Notes: generated from the letters alone by a model not told the origin. A DNA stretch of 64,000 nucleotides from Gloeobacterales cyanobacterium (GCA_038245785.1 JBBRSB010000015.1:34941-98940), one strand, 5' to 3'; shown: positions 1 through 12,077, counted from the stretch's first letter. Program-made: numbers and translations.

Positions 1-307
1 GATTGTAGTAGCTGCCAGTGCCACAGAGCAGTAGAGCTTCGCAGGATAAAACCGTTGCGTCATGACCAATTTGGGCAACGGGGAAGAGAATCGGTTCAAT
101 ATCCTCCGGTTGCCAGTCCTTTACCGAGCGGTCTTCCACTGTCCCTCGCACCCAGGTTGCCAAACGCGGAATCACCGATTCGCTCAGCAAACGGTAGGAC
201 TCCCGTGGCCTTCCTAGCCAGCACAAAGTCTGTTCATAAAATTCTGCAAGGGCACTATCTGGAGGCATACGCACCGAAACGGATGATACTCTGTGCGAAG
301 GCTGCAT
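1..307 (-). CDS. Hypothetical protein, N-terminal part (runs off the left edge)
   Basis: Manual translation of the minus strand from ATG at 307 gives MQPSHRVSSVSVRMPPDSALAEFYEQTLCWLG..., open to the window edge; divergent from the 365 gene. Confidence 0.5.
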   Translation of the reverse strand, partial: MQPSHRVSSVSVRMPPDSALAEFYEQTLCWLGRPRESYRLLSESVIPRLATWVRGTVEDRSVKDWQPEDIEPILFPVAQIGHDATVLSCEALLLCGTGSYYN

Positions 308-364
308 ATTAATACTGCACTGCACATCGCGTAAAGTAACAGTAATAGAACCTAGCTAGCCTCC

Positions 365-1171
365 ATGAATCTTCGAGAATCTTCTCCGCTCCGAATCGGT
401 ATTTCTGTTTCTTTTTCCCATGCAGACTCAGAACGGGCTTTATTTCGCGGCAAAACCCTCCACTATGTGGAAGAGGAAATGGCTCTGGCGATTGCCCGCA
501 GTGGAGCAATTCCCACCCCTTTGCTTGACCTCAAAAGTGATGAAGGGGCGCACTTAGTCTTACAAGACTTAGACGGGGTGATTTTCTCAGGGGGTGCCGA
601 TGTTTCTCCCCTCGCCTATGGCGAAGAGCCCCTCCACGAAGATTGGCACGGTGATTCCATTCGTGATAGCTATGAATTTCGGCTCATTAATGCTGCAAGA
701 ACACGCGGCTTACCCATGCTCGGCATTTGTCGCGGAGCCCAAATCATCAACGTTGCCCTCGGCGGCAGTTTATATCAAGACATCAATACCCAACAGCCAG
801 AAACGCTACAGCATCGCTGTGGAGAACGGTATGACCATTTGGTCCATCTGGTGCATCTGGTCCAGCCCTCTTGGCTAGAGGGACTCTACACTGCCCCTGA
901 AATTTTGGTAAATACGGTCCACCATCAAGCCGTTAAAAACTTAGCTCCAGACCTCAAACCCACTGCCCAAGCTCCTGATGGCATTACCGAAGCCTATGAA
1001 CGCATCAACGAAGAGGAGTGGATCGTTGGGATTCAGTGGCATCCCGAATGGCTCAATGGCACCTGGGAAGATGGACGGGTAGAAGGAAGTATCGTCTTTG
1101 AAGAGTTCTATCAAGTGTGTGCCACCCGTCGCAAGCAGCGTTCTTTGCGTACGATAGAAGTAGCGAGCTAG
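365..1171 (+). CDS. Gamma-glutamyl-gamma-aminobutyrate hydrolase family (peptidase C26, PuuD-like glutamine amidotransferase)
   Basis: SGGADV, GICRG (catalytic Cys), VNTVHHQAV and QWHPE motifs. Confidence 0.9.
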   Translation: MNLRESSPLRIGISVSFSHADSERALFRGKTLHYVEEEMALAIARSGAIPTPLLDLKSDEGAHLVLQDLDGVIFSGGADVSPLAYGEEPLHEDWHGDSIRDSYEFRLINAARTRGLPMLGICRGAQIINVALGGSLYQDINTQQPETLQHRCGERYDHLVHLVHLVQPSWLEGLYTAPEILVNTVHHQAVKNLAPDLKPTAQAPDGITEAYERINEEEWIVGIQWHPEWLNGTWEDGRVEGSIVFEEFYQVCATRRKQRSLRTIEVAS

Positions 1172-1181
1172 GCAAAGTCCT

Positions 1182-1577
1182 GTGCAATACACGGTTATCT
1201 ACGATGGAAACTGCAACCTCTGTGTCACTTTGGTTCAGTTACTCGAAAAACTCGACCAAGGACAATTATTTCTCTACCTGCCCATGCAAGATAAAGCGGG
1301 CCTAGAGCAGTTTGGAATTACGCCAGAAGACTGTGAAATGGGCATGATTCTCTTGAAAGAAAACCAGCGCTGGCAAGGCAGTGAAGCGGCCGAAGAAATC
1401 GCCCGTCTACTGCCTATGGGAGCAATCTTTATTCAAGCCTACCGCGCCTTGCCTGGTATGAAACCGCTGGGCGATGGGGTGTATACCCAAGTTCGAGATA
1501 ATCGCTATACGCTCTTTGGCAAACGTTCATCAACCTATCGATCGCCTTACCCCGTGTGCGTAGATTGCAAGGTCTAA
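1182..1577 (+). CDS. DCC-family thiol-disulfide oxidoreductase (DUF393)
   Basis: N-terminal YDGNCNLC (DxxCxxC); C-terminal RDNRY.LFG. Confidence 0.85.
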   Translation: MQYTVIYDGNCNLCVTLVQLLEKLDQGQLFLYLPMQDKAGLEQFGITPEDCEMGMILLKENQRWQGSEAAEEIARLLPMGAIFIQAYRALPGMKPLGDGVYTQVRDNRYTLFGKRSSTYRSPYPVCVDCKV

Positions 1578-1680
1578 ACATCGTCGGTTGAATAAAACCC
1601 TGAGAGATCTCTCTGTTTATTGATCGTCTCTCCCCTTACGATTGAAGGCTAAAGGCATTACCAAGGTTAGGGACAGTATC

Positions 1681-2373
1681 ATGCGTCTTCTGCTCTTTGA
1701 TATTGACGGAACGCTTATTCGAGCGCGGGGTGTAGGCAAACGAGCCTACCTCCGAACCTGCAGCCAAGTATGCGGTTTACCAGAAGCCAATTTTTATCAT
1801 GCCTCGTTAAACCTGGCAGGTAAGACGGACCCCTTAATCATTGAAGAAATGCTGGCAGTCGCTGAGGTGGCGGCTACGCCAGAGGTTATCGAAGAAATTT
1901 TAGATCGCTATCCACAGGCCTTACAGAAAGAACTCGCCGATAATCCGGACATCGTTCAGGCACTCCCCGGCATGCGGGAGTTGTTAGAAATTCTGGCCCC
2001 AGAAGTTAAACAAGGCAAAGCCGCCCTCGGCCTTGTGACAGGTAACGTCCGAGCCGGAGCGGAACTAAAGCTCGCTCCCGTCCAGATGAATTCTTTCTTC
2101 TCGGTGGGAGCCTATGGCTGTGATGCTCGTGACCGTAACCACTTGCCTGCTATTGCTGTGGGCCGAACAAAAAACCCAAAAATTACTCCAGAAGACGTAA
2201 TCATCATTGGCGATACCCCTAGAGATATTGCTTGCGCCCGTTACTTTGGAGCCCGCGTGATGGCAGTAGCTACGGGTAGCTACCCTGCTTCCGATTTGTC
2301 TAAATATGTCCCCGATTGGCTTGTAGAGGAAGTTATGCCCAAGAACATGGCCGAAACGCTCCTCGATGCATGA
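1681..2373 (+). CDS. HAD-superfamily hydrolase/phosphatase
   Basis: FDIDGTL motif I, TGN motif II, IGDTPRD motif IV; ATG at 1681 preferred over TTG at 1642. Confidence 0.85.
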   Translation: MRLLLFDIDGTLIRARGVGKRAYLRTCSQVCGLPEANFYHASLNLAGKTDPLIIEEMLAVAEVAATPEVIEEILDRYPQALQKELADNPDIVQALPGMRELLEILAPEVKQGKAALGLVTGNVRAGAELKLAPVQMNSFFSVGAYGCDARDRNHLPAIAVGRTKNPKITPEDVIIIGDTPRDIACARYFGARVMAVATGSYPASDLSKYVPDWLVEEVMPKNMAETLLDA

Positions 2374-2396
2374 ACTCTTTTAGCGATTATTAGGTG

Positions 2397-2423
2397 TTAG
2401 CACTCACCATGGTTTAGTGCTAA
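2397..2423. promoter_or_regulatory. CIRCE element (HrcA operator)
   Basis: TTAGCACTC-N9-TAGTGCTAA, one mismatch to the TTAGCACTC-N9-GAGTGCTAA consensus, directly upstream of groES. Confidence 0.92.
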
Positions 2424-2469
2424 TATTTTGCCTGTGCACCTTTGAATTTTGTGAATCAGGGAGAATGAT

Positions 2470-2781
2470 ATGGCAGCCATGGCCCTCAATGTAAGCACTC
2501 TTAAGCCTCTTGGCGACAGGGTTTTTCTTAAGCTGGTAGCCGCTGAAGATAAAACAGCCGGTGGAATTTTGTTGCCCGACAGTGCCAAAGAAAAGCCACA
2601 AACGGGAGAAATCGTCGCCATCGGTCCAGGCAAGCGCAAGGATGATGGTTCCTATGCCACGGTTGATGTTACCGTCGGCGACAAAGTTTTGTATTCCAAG
2701 TACGCCGGAACGGAAGTGAAACTGGGCACCGAAGACTACATTTTGATTGCTGAAAAAGACATTCTGGCAATTCTTGCCTAA
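2470..2781 (+). CDS. groES: Co-chaperonin GroES
   Basis: [38 protein letters not shown]. Confidence 0.98.
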   Translation: MAAMALNVSTLKPLGDRVFLKLVAAEDKTAGGILLPDSAKEKPQTGEIVAIGPGKRKDDGSYATVDVTVGDKVLYSKYAGTEVKLGTEDYILIAEKDILAILA

Positions 2782-2800
2782 ATAAAATTACGACTCGTAG

Positions 2801-4444
<1,644 letters not shown>

Positions 4445-4462
4445 GCCACATGCTTGACCCCT

Positions 4463-4637
4463 TGTATGTTGAGAGTGAGCGGTAAACTGACGACCCCTAG
4501 ATACTGGCTACCGTGACTGAGCCTAGGTTGCCGCTTACTCCCTCTAGCACCCGTACAGTCGCTTAGAGAGTGGTGGAAGATGGCTGAGCTGGCCGAAGAG
4601 GGGATTTAAGGGTTCAAGCCCTTGACTCTCAACACAC
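4463..4637. ncRNA. Candidate rod-shaped ncRNA (6S/SsrS-like)
   Basis: About 175 nt with no ORF; the ends pair (TGTTGAGAGT 4467 / ACTCTCAACA 4625), with further internal stems; identity and strand unverified. Confidence 0.4.
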
Positions 4638-4660
4638 TGTTTCACCAATGTGAAGTGACC

Positions 4661-4790
4661 TATGGCTTTGGCAGCGTCTGTAGCTAAATCCCATCCATCC
4701 TTCTCCTTCCAGAAGAGGCTCCCTTCGACTCCGCTCAGGGAGCTCCCTGAGCGGAGTCGAAGGGAGCTGTCCCATAGGGACTCAGGGGTT
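4661..4790 (-). repeat. Dispersed MITE/REP-like element, partial copy A, carrying a 50-bp perfect palindrome (4718-4767)
   Basis: Reverse complement AACCCCTGAGTCCCTATGGGACAGCTCCC...ATGGGATTTAGCTACAGACGCTGCCAAAGC matches the copy at 46513; the terminal part matches 63827. Confidence 0.8.
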
Positions 4791-5582
4791 GGGTAGGGAG
4801 GCGAAACTAGCCTCTACTTCTAATCGAATCATCTTGACGTGACTTTGACCTAAAGCATCCAAAGGGTGAACCGATAAGTAGTCCTGTACAACATCAGAAA
4901 TAAAGGCTTCACGCAATTCCTCAGGAATGCAATCGGTGTAAGGCATCCAGGTAGTGCGTAGCCAACCAGCCAAGCCCTCAGCTCCTTGGTGCGTCATATC
5001 TTTCTCGACCAGTTCCAATCGTTGGGGGCTTAATCCTGCTTCCTTTAGCCAGTGAGCGTACTGGGCATCGGAATAAAAGAAATAGGGAAACACAAACGTG
5101 GTGAAGTAAGGCCCCCAGCGCGGTCCTTGAATGAGCCTATCTATGGCAGCAAGAATTCCTGCGGCATTGCCTGCACCGCCACAGGAAAGAATCAGCTTGC
5201 CCTGGGGAGATAAAAGGCGTGAGCAGCCAGCTAGAAAAGCTTGATGGTCATCCACCCAATGGAGCGTAGCGTTAGAAAAGATAACGTCAAATTGATAGTC
5301 TGCTTCAAGCTTCTGAGCATCCATTTGCAAGAATTGAAGGTTGGCATATTGGGAAGTTGGATAATGTCTTTGTGCGTAGTCTATAAACTCCACGCTGCTA
5401 TCGACGCCAAGCACCAAGCCATCGGGAACCGCTGCTGCAAATTCTGCGGTAATCTTTCCATCGCCGCAACCCACATCCAGTAGTGTTTCATGACCTTGGA
5501 GATGGAGTTTGGCAATTAATTCTTTTGCCCAGACAAGCTGAGCGCCAGAGTTCTTAGCGTAATCTTCAGGGTTCCATTTCAT
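4782..5582 (-). CDS. Class I SAM-dependent methyltransferase (trans-aconitate methyltransferase-like)
   Basis: LDVGCGDG and FSNATLHW motifs. Confidence 0.85.
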   Translation of the reverse strand: MKWNPEDYAKNSGAQLVWAKELIAKLHLQGHETLLDVGCGDGKITAEFAAAVPDGLVLGVDSSVEFIDYAQRHYPTSQYANLQFLQMDAQKLEADYQFDVIFSNATLHWVDDHQAFLAGCSRLLSPQGKLILSCGGAGNAAGILAAIDRLIQGPRWGPYFTTFVFPYFFYSDAQYAHWLKEAGLSPQRLELVEKDMTHQGAEGLAGWLRTTWMPYTDCIPEELREAFISDVVQDYLSVHPLDALGQSHVKMIRLEVEASFASLPNP

Positions 5583-7219
5583 GAGATGTAAGAATTGGTG
5601 GGTTCAGCATGAGCCTGGCTAGCCTCAGCAAGCCGCATAACTATATTTGACGCCAATCTACCCGTTTGGGCAGCACCATCCATGAATCCGTAAAACTTAT
5701 CGCTAAGTTGTTCTCCAGCAAAAACCAGATTGCCAACACTGACCTCCTGTTTCTTATTTGGATCGTCTGATTCGACATAAAGAAACTTCTTAAACGTCGT
5801 GTACTGTCCAGGACTAAACGTAGAGTAAGCCCCTTTACTGAAGGGATTGTTAGTCCACTGGGTTCGGAAGAATTGACCGTTAACGGCAGCCACAGCACCG
5901 GGAATGATTTGCTCCAATAAACCCACAAATCGCTGTCCTTGAGCTTGTGTGCTCCTTCCTTGAATAGTGGAGACTTGTTTACCACCAAAAAAGAAGGTAA
6001 ATTCACCATCAGGTCTGTCTGCTTGGCGCTGAGAACCATCCCAACCTTGAGCAAATCCTAAATCGGCTGATATGGTCTTTACAAAACCATTGCTTTGACG
6101 CCAGACCTTTTGATTAAATCCAGCCAAGATTTTCTCATTCATACCCAGTTTGCTTTCCTGGATAAACCGCAGCAAAGTATTGGGAAGCTTAACTTCGATA
6201 TCAACCTTTCGGAGCGTAGTGAAGGGAATCGCGAGAACGACATAATCTGCATTAACGGATTCACCCGTCGCAAAGGTTAATCTAAACCCTTTGCCTTAAG
6301 ATTTGATCGCTGTTAGAGATTTTTTAAGCAGAACCTGTCCAGCTAGAGCAGTGGTTAGACCATCAACAATTTTACTAACACTGTCCTTAACAACAAAAAC
6401 TTCATCGCTATAACTTGCTATGTCAACCTCAGTTCTATTCACCGTTGGCAGGGCAAAGAGCAGCTGTAATGCGGTCGATTGTTTCGCCTCAACCCCATAC
6501 TCCGTGCGAATCACGCCCACAATCAGTTCACGAATAAAGGGCTCAGGAATCTTATCTTCATTGGAGTTCAAATAATCTTCCACAGAGGACTGATCAAAGA
6601 TGGGTCCATAGCGATCGAAATCCTGATCCAGAAGGGCTGCATCTTTAGCAGTTTGCCCAGCAAGCGGGCGGAGCTTCTCTGCAATTTCAGCTTCGGAACG
6701 TATTCTATTGTTAAAGTAAAAACCCGTTGGTGGAAATGAAAATTTCGCTGCATCTTCTACCCGATTGAAGAGGGGCAAGCCAAAGTCATTGGCTAGAGCA
6801 ATCATGTCAGCGTGATCCGTATTGAGCAGGTGTCCTCCCATATCTGATATCAGTCCAGTTCCAACTGCTCCTGTAACAGACTGAGCACGCCCCCCTAAAC
6901 GATTATTCGCTTCGTAGACCGTAGATATATATCCCTGTTTCTTGAGTTGATAGGCCGCATTTAACCCAGCCAGACCACCCCCGATTACGGCAATTTTTGA
7001 GTTCCCCTGTGGCTTCGGTTTACTGAAAACGGGTTTAGCGTGGGATACCGATACTAAAGCTGCTCCTCCAGCTAAAGCAGCAGATTTCACAAAATGACGG
7101 CGTGTCCACTGAAATTCGGCTTTAGTCAGCGGTAAAGGATTACCTTCATCTTTACGATTTTCTCGCCGTGCCTGTTGGAGCATTCGGACAAGGTATTGAA
7201 ATAAAGGGGAATGTGCCAC
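5579..7219 (-). pseudogene. Flavin monoamine oxidase family protein interrupted by one in-frame stop
   Basis: TRRHFVK Tat-like motif, GGGLAGL FAD motif, C-terminal FAGE...GFMDGA; TAA at 6296-6298 lies in frame (TAIKS*GKGFRLTF...ADYVVLAIPF) and joins the two ORFs. Confidence 0.85.
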
Positions 7220-7319
7220 GAGAAACCCTCATCAAGATAAACAAAGCTTCAGCGCTGCCAAGGTCGGGCCAAAACTTTAGGTGAGTATATTCAGTTTTCG
7301 TGGAATTAGGCAAAATTCG

Positions 7320-9302
7320 TCAAAAGTCGATGTCATCATCATCGTCGTCAGCCGCTTCCACAGGGACGATCAGGGGCGGATCGGTCTTGCCTGGTATGTC
7401 ATTATCGGATTCCGACACAATCTGACCTGCAAAAAAGTCAGCCAAGGAATGGGAGGCTTGGTCCAATTCCCCCATCTCATGGAGTGCAACTTTACGCGGA
7501 CGTTCTACGGGGGCAGCCACTGCAGCAGGTCTTGATGAACCATTGGTGGGAGGTAGCGCCTCTTCCCGTTTGGGTGGGGCCGTCATTTCCTCGTCTTCTT
7601 TCGGCAGAATAGAAGCCCGTGAGGGGAGGTCTCTCGTGGTCGTTGGGGCAGAAGCGGTGGATGCAGCGGCGTGAAAGGCCTGAGCGGGTGAAGATACCGC
7701 CACTTCAGGGAGCCTTTCTTCTGGAGGGAGGTCTGTTTCTTTGCTTAGAACAAAAGTCACTTCCATCGGGATATAGCCCAAGGTTCCTAGGAATGCTTTG
7801 TCGAGTCTCTTTTTAGCCAGAAAAGACTTGAACTGTCTGATTAAGTTGAGGCTGGAAATTCCAAAAACTACTTTGTGCGGTGCTTCGGATACGGGTTTGA
7901 TGTGCTCCGTGAAAAAGGGACGGCACTGAATGTCTAAAAGGCTGGAAAATTTATCCCAGTCACGGGCCAGGGTGCTGGAGCCAGCAACGGCAGGAGTTCT
8001 TGCGGGCACGTTCGCGGGAACTGACTTAGGGGGGAGCGGACGAGATTCTGACGCTGTATTTCTAGAGGCTGGAACAGCAGGGTATGCTTTGGCAGGTTCT
8101 TCAAAAGGAGGGGTCTCCGCCGTAGATTTAACGACGGTTGGGACACTGGGGACAGAACGAGTGGGTTCTGGAGGTCTAGGCGGTGCGCTTCTCGGGGGCA
8201 AGTCAAGGGCTTTGCTTTCCGGCTCTTGCAGGAGTCCGAGCAGGGTTACCTCTAGCCATAACCTGGGCTGGGTCGTGTTCTTGACTAAAGGCTCTGAAGC
8301 TTTCAGGCGTTCTTGAACCGCAAGAATTTGGGACAAGCTAATGTTCTTTGCCCGTTCTAAAAGGGCCGTCCAGGTGGCAGCGGTCACCGAGACTAAATCT
8401 CGACGGCCAGGAGACTGTTGGGCAATCATCAGATCTCGACAGAAAGCGGTCAAGTCTTGGATCACCTGGATTGGCTCTTTGCCCGTATCCATCAGCCGCC
8501 GGGTTTGGGTGAGAACCTGGATGCTGTCTCCTGCGTTCAAGCTATCCCAGAGGGTGAGCAAATCCCGTTCTGGGACCGCCCCTACCAAATTCCAAATTGC
8601 TTCGACGCCGATTTCTCCTTCTAAAAGGCTGAGTTGGTCGAGCAAACTCTCGGCATCCCGAAGTCCGCCCTGGGAAATTTGAGCGACCAGTTCTAGCGCT
8701 TCTGGGGTGATCGAAATCCCTTCGACCGCAGCAATGTGGGTCAAGTGAGCAACCATCGCTTCTAGGGGAATGCGGCGGAAGTCGAAACGCTGACAGCGGG
8801 AAATAATCGTCGGCAAAACCCGCTGAGCATCTGTAGTTGCCAGGATAAAGACCACCCGATTGGGAGGTTCTTCTAAAGTTTTGAGCAAGGCATTGAAGGC
8901 TGCATTGCTTAGCATGTGTACTTCGTCGATGATATACACCTTGAAGCGCGCCTGGACTGGAGCAAACTGTGCCCGTTCAATCAATTCCCGGATATTGTCT
9001 ACGCCCGTGTTGCTGGCCGCATCAATTTCAATAATGTCTAGGGCAGAACCGCGCGTGATGCTGGTACAGAGTTCACAGACCCCACAGGGCGTCGGCGTCG
9101 GTCCTTGGGTACAGTTCAAGGACTTGGCCATAATTCTGGCGGTGGAAGTTTTACCCGTGCCTCTAGAACCCGTAAATAGATAGGCATGGGCTGTCCGGTC
9201 TGAGCGGATAGCACTGCTTAGGGTCCGGACAATCGCTTCTTGCCCAACAATTTCCAGGAAGGTTTGAGGACGGTACTTGTGATAGAGAGGCTCGTAGGTC
9301 AT
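7320..9302 (-). CDS. dnaX: DNA polymerase III subunit gamma/tau
   Basis: YHKYRPQTF, GSRGTGKT, zinc-site cysteines, IDEVHML, SRCQRF; start taken at MTYEP. Confidence 0.97.
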   Translation of the reverse strand: MTYEPLYHKYRPQTFLEIVGQEAIVRTLSSAIRSDRTAHAYLFTGSRGTGKTSTARIMAKSLNCTQGPTPTPCGVCELCTSITRGSALDIIEIDAASNTGVDNIRELIERAQFAPVQARFKVYIIDEVHMLSNAAFNALLKTLEEPPNRVVFILATTDAQRVLPTIISRCQRFDFRRIPLEAMVAHLTHIAAVEGISITPEALELVAQISQGGLRDAESLLDQLSLLEGEIGVEAIWNLVGAVPERDLLTLWDSLNAGDSIQVLTQTRRLMDTGKEPIQVIQDLTAFCRDLMIAQQSPGRRDLVSVTAATWTALLERAKNISLSQILAVQERLKASEPLVKNTTQPRLWLEVTLLGLLQEPESKALDLPPRSAPPRPPEPTRSVPSVPTVVKSTAETPPFEEPAKAYPAVPASRNTASESRPLPPKSVPANVPARTPAVAGSSTLARDWDKFSSLLDIQCRPFFTEHIKPVSEAPHKVVFGISSLNLIRQFKSFLAKKRLDKAFLGTLGYIPMEVTFVLSKETDLPPEERLPEVAVSSPAQAFHAAASTASAPTTTRDLPSRASILPKEDEEMTAPPKREEALPPTNGSSRPAAVAAPVERPRKVALHEMGELDQASHSLADFFAGQIVSESDNDIPGKTDPPLIVPVEAADDDDDDIDF

Positions 9303-9565
9303 ATCAAGACTATCTTCCCCTAACCATCGCTTCAAAAACGGGAAGGGCAAAAGAAATTTTTCCGAATGGAGAGAACGGTCAGTTCGTGATTTTAGGTCCT
9401 CCAGCGCCCGGAATGATCGGCAGAAATCCTCTTTCTTCGAGCGTTTAATGATTCTCTAAGGAAAAGGGTGGCTGGATTTGTTAGGATGTGCAAATCTAAT
9501 CCAGCAGTGAGGTCATTTCTTGTCCTTGTTCGCTTGGTTTAGTTGCTTTAATTAAAGAGACGAAA

Positions 9566-9856
9566 ATGACAATATTTGTTGGCAACCTGCCTTTCTCCGT
9601 AAGTGAACAAGCGATTACGGATGCCTTCGCTGAGTACGGTACTGTGAAAGCTGTAAAAATCCCCACCGATCGCGAAACAGGTCGTCCCCGTGGTTTTGCC
9701 TTTGTAGACATGGAAGATGCAGCCTCTGAAGACACCGCTATCAAAGAACTCGACGGCGCCAACTGGGATAACCGTGCCATCCGCGTGAACAAAGCTGAGC
9801 CGAAGCCAGAGCGTTCTAATGACAATCGCGGCGGCGGTGGACGCGGTCGCTACTAA
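9566..9856 (+). CDS. RRM RNA-binding protein (cyanobacterial Rbp family)
   Basis: IFVGNL (RNP2), RGFAFV (RNP1), Gly-rich tail. Confidence 0.95.
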   Translation: MTIFVGNLPFSVSEQAITDAFAEYGTVKAVKIPTDRETGRPRGFAFVDMEDAASEDTAIKELDGANWDNRAIRVNKAEPKPERSNDNRGGGGRGRY

Positions 9857-9873
9857 GCTTCCGTTTTAATACT

Positions 9874-9907
9874 AAAACCCAGCCCTCCGATGGGGGCTGG
9901 GTTTTTT
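9874..9907. terminator. Intrinsic terminator, probably bidirectional
   Basis: AAAACCCAGCCCTC / GGGGGCTGGGTTTTTT between convergent genes. Confidence 0.85.
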
Positions 9908-9928
9908 GTTAGCCCAAGCGCATAGGGC

Positions 9929-11680
9929 CTAGATCTTCAGTGCGTACTTGATCAGGTCTGCCATGTCGAAGTTTTTACCCTTCCCGATCGTCGGCACCCA
10001 GGCGGGTGCCTGCCTCAGCAGAGAATGACTGTCATTCAAGATGATTCCGACAAGGGTCTCGACCACAATCCGACTGCCGATGGTGCCCAGTTTAATCGGG
10101 GTCTCGCTTTTACCTCCAGCTTCGTACCAATCATGTTGAGCCTCTGCCAGCAAGTAGTACCAAAGGGGTGCCTTGCCGATGAAACTTGAGTCCACCTGAC
10201 TTAGAGAAGGTACTGCATCGAATTCTTCCTTCGTAGTAGCCTTTCCCACCTTGAGCTTGTCATCGGCAAGGGGCGTAGTACCCATAGCAAGAGCCACATC
10301 CTGGCCAGAGGGCAATTCCATCGCCACACCACGCATCAAATTGCGCAGGGCCAAATTAGGGATCTGATTTGGTTGCGCCGGGGGTTGGAGCTGCGACACG
10401 CTAGTGAGTGGCGGTTTTGCATTCACCACCGAGAACTCCGGTAGGAATGCAAGGGGGTTTACCAACGAGGTGTCAATTTTGTAGGCGGGCTGCGTCCGAT
10501 TCTTGGTAACACGTTGGTCCTTATCGCCCGTCAAATCGAAAAATAGGTTCCAGTCGATACCCCATTCCTTAGGGAAAGCATCAAAGCCATTCAACCCCCG
10601 CTCTTTTAGTCCAGCAAAGATGAACTGGCGCCCATCAATGCCACGACTGCGCTCGTCCGGATTGGTGGTGTCAGGGTGATTACCGCCGCTGAGTTTGGTA
10701 TTCAATCGATAGATCGGGCGCACCATAGAATGGCCAAAGCGGTAAGCCGCCGTCGAGAACTCAATCGGCATGAAAGCATCGTTGCGGGGCTTGTAGAAGC
10801 GCAGCTTAGGCGGTTCGTCAAAGATCGAGTGGCCGCTCTTCAGATGGGGCAGTACGCTATCGATAACATCGCTTCGCGCAATCGTGGGCAGGAAATCATG
10901 CAGCACAACATACTGGTAATGCCAGCGCACTAGCCGCTGGATCTCGCTGAAGTCTAAATGTATGTGCTCATCGGCCAGTCGGTTATGGAACTGCAGGAAT
11001 GCCGAGTGCATTTGGGAGACAATGACATTTTCATCGTTGCGCTTGTCTCCAATCAGGGCGCGGTGAAAATCTTTCCCGGATTCGGACCAACTGTGACGCG
11101 GCAGATCGTGCCCGATAACTTTGCCGTTTGGCCCTTCAATAAGCTTCCGACCGAGCTGGAACCTGCGCCCATTGCTCTCATAAAGGTACGGCTGGTCGTC
11201 AGGTCCGCTACCGTAAAGGGAGTCCAGGTCGAGCGCCGGAGTGCGGAAGTCCACCAGCGCATCGACGTCGTTGCGTTGCTGAAGGCTGCTGGCCGGATCG
11301 AACGTGATGTCGTGGTCGATGAACTGTCCAAGGTAGGTGTAGCCTGCATCAATGCCACTGTTCTCCTCGTCGTCGTGCAAGCGAGAGGTATGCGGCTTGC
11401 CCTCGTCGTCGACATCTTCGCGTGGGGCAATCGGCAAAGGTGGGTTGCTCTCGTCCTTCTCTGGCTCAGCGGACATACAGTTTGCTTGATTTCCGTCACC
11501 GGCCAGTTTGCGCAGGGCGGCCTCTGACCAGTTAGCTGGCGGCAAGCTCCGAAAGATGCGGCCGAAGCGGCCCTCGAATTGAGAGGAACGCCGATCGAAA
11601 TCTGCGCCACGAACGCCGCCATGTGAGGAACCACCCTTGCTTGGCAATGAAGTCATAAGTCTCTCTCCAGAAAAAATCAT
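9929..11680 (-). CDS. Heme peroxidase, peroxidase-cyclooxygenase (animal heme peroxidase) superfamily
   Basis: YLGQFIDHD (distal His), GDKRNDEN, AAYRFGHS (proximal His); start may be 11656. Confidence 0.88.
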   Translation of the reverse strand: MIFSGERLMTSLPSKGGSSHGGVRGADFDRRSSQFEGRFGRIFRSLPPANWSEAALRKLAGDGNQANCMSAEPEKDESNPPLPIAPREDVDDEGKPHTSRLHDDEENSGIDAGYTYLGQFIDHDITFDPASSLQQRNDVDALVDFRTPALDLDSLYGSGPDDQPYLYESNGRRFQLGRKLIEGPNGKVIGHDLPRHSWSESGKDFHRALIGDKRNDENVIVSQMHSAFLQFHNRLADEHIHLDFSEIQRLVRWHYQYVVLHDFLPTIARSDVIDSVLPHLKSGHSIFDEPPKLRFYKPRNDAFMPIEFSTAAYRFGHSMVRPIYRLNTKLSGGNHPDTTNPDERSRGIDGRQFIFAGLKERGLNGFDAFPKEWGIDWNLFFDLTGDKDQRVTKNRTQPAYKIDTSLVNPLAFLPEFSVVNAKPPLTSVSQLQPPAQPNQIPNLALRNLMRGVAMELPSGQDVALAMGTTPLADDKLKVGKATTKEEFDAVPSLSQVDSSFIGKAPLWYYLLAEAQHDWYEAGGKSETPIKLGTIGSRIVVETLVGIILNDSHSLLRQAPAWVPTIGKGKNFDMADLIKYALKI

Positions 11681-11863
11681 GCGAAATACTGGCCTAATCG
11701 AGGCCGCTCAAAATTTCCATTCAAGATCCGAACGGCAAAAACCAGCGATGGCTCAGCCAAAACGTTGACTAGCTGTTTCAATGCAGAACAGTACTAAAAG
11801 AACCAGACTGCCGAAGAGTTGCATTGACTCAGGAGCATTCGGATAAAAATGATACTAAACCAC

Positions 11864-11897
11864 AATTGATAAATAGAAATATAACTATTTATCAATT
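11864..11897. promoter_or_regulatory. AT-rich inverted repeat, candidate operator
   Basis: AATTGATAAATAG-N8-CTATTTATCAATT in a divergent intergenic region. Confidence 0.4.
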
Positions 11898-12077
11898 TTC
11901 TTCGCTTAATACAGTAAGTTCAGAAGCTAACGATAGAGATAATAAGGGCCTCAGAATTTATCTGCAATAGACAATCTTTCGGTTCAATAGGCTGTTCTTT
12001 CGGTCCTCTTCTTAAAAATAAGAAGGGCGTTAGAATCGAAGGGCCTGAAATTTGTTGTAATTCCCCTTATTGAAAAC

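Noticed and set aside
7320..9302. Intein or programmed frameshift in dnaX
   Set aside because: The ORF is continuous; the extra length is Pro/Ala-rich linker with no intein motifs.
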